From assembly GCA_965198115.1 (NCBI GenBank), contig OZ240241.1:2720001-2784000 (forward strand): DNA of 64,000 bases, written 5' to 3'. Each line of letters begins with the position of its first letter. The stretch's first letter is position 1. A model generated the notes under the pieces. The model saw only the letters and a list, made by a program, of their open reading frames with translations. It was not told where the DNA came from and did no database searches. This DNA is from Candidatus Latescibacterota bacterium (lineage in GTDB: Bacteria; Latescibacterota; UBA2968). The position numbers were made by a program, and so were the translations under genes. This document shows, piece after piece, positions 63,773 through 64,000 of the stretch.

Positions 63773-64000
63773 TCAGGCGTAGACCGTCAGGCGAACGGGA
63801 TTATCGGGATTGACGGCCCAAAGCTCACCCTGATCGCAGACGCGATGGGGTTGGACCGGTGTCTCGGGCACCTTCCAGTCGGGTCTGTACTTCTGAATCA
63901 GCGGAACGATGTTCCGATGCGCGATCCGGTCCTTGAGATCGTCCTCGATGTTAGCCTCTTCGATCGTCTTCTGCAGCAAACGATAGTCGTAATATGGCAG
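63773..64000 (-). CDS. C-terminus of a probable amidohydrolase-family protein (partial)
   Basis: Frame open to the window edge: LPYYD...KDRIAHRN. Confidence 0.5.
   Translation of the reverse strand: MPYYDYRLLQKTIEEANIEDDLKDRIAHRNIVPLIQKYRPDWKVPETPVQPHRVCDQGELWAVNPDNPVRLTVYA

Overview
GC-rich bacterial chromosome window. The dockerin-like EF-hand secreted protein and the many enolase-superfamily, PhyH and CocE genes suggest Latescibacterota or a relative (inference only). Bases 1-18 kb are intact housekeeping and catabolic genes: rmlBC, a Ca2+/cation antiporter, a YycJ-like hydrolase, MEMO1/AmrB, an in-frame Lnt-TatC fusion, bioF, folD, a galactarate dehydratase-II homologue, TauE and two Zn-dependent dehydrogenases. 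From about 18 kb the region is heavily invaded by IS elements: five full and one truncated copy of a 1420-bp ISL3, an IS3-like element with a 15-bp target duplication, IS256, IS1182 and IS1380. It also carries many frameshifted genes. Removing the ISs in silico restores four genes: a lipoprotein, a STAND-ATPase/TPR protein, a group-2-like sigma-70 factor and a PhyH dioxygenase. The best candidate for an undescribed system is at 17.2-25.9 kb. It comprises a sensor-less sigma-54 activator, a sigma-54 promoter, an acidic lipoprotein ending in an HFS autoproteolysis-type motif, a TPR protein and a translationally coupled STAND-ATPase/TPR protein. No rRNA, tRNA or CRISPR array was seen.
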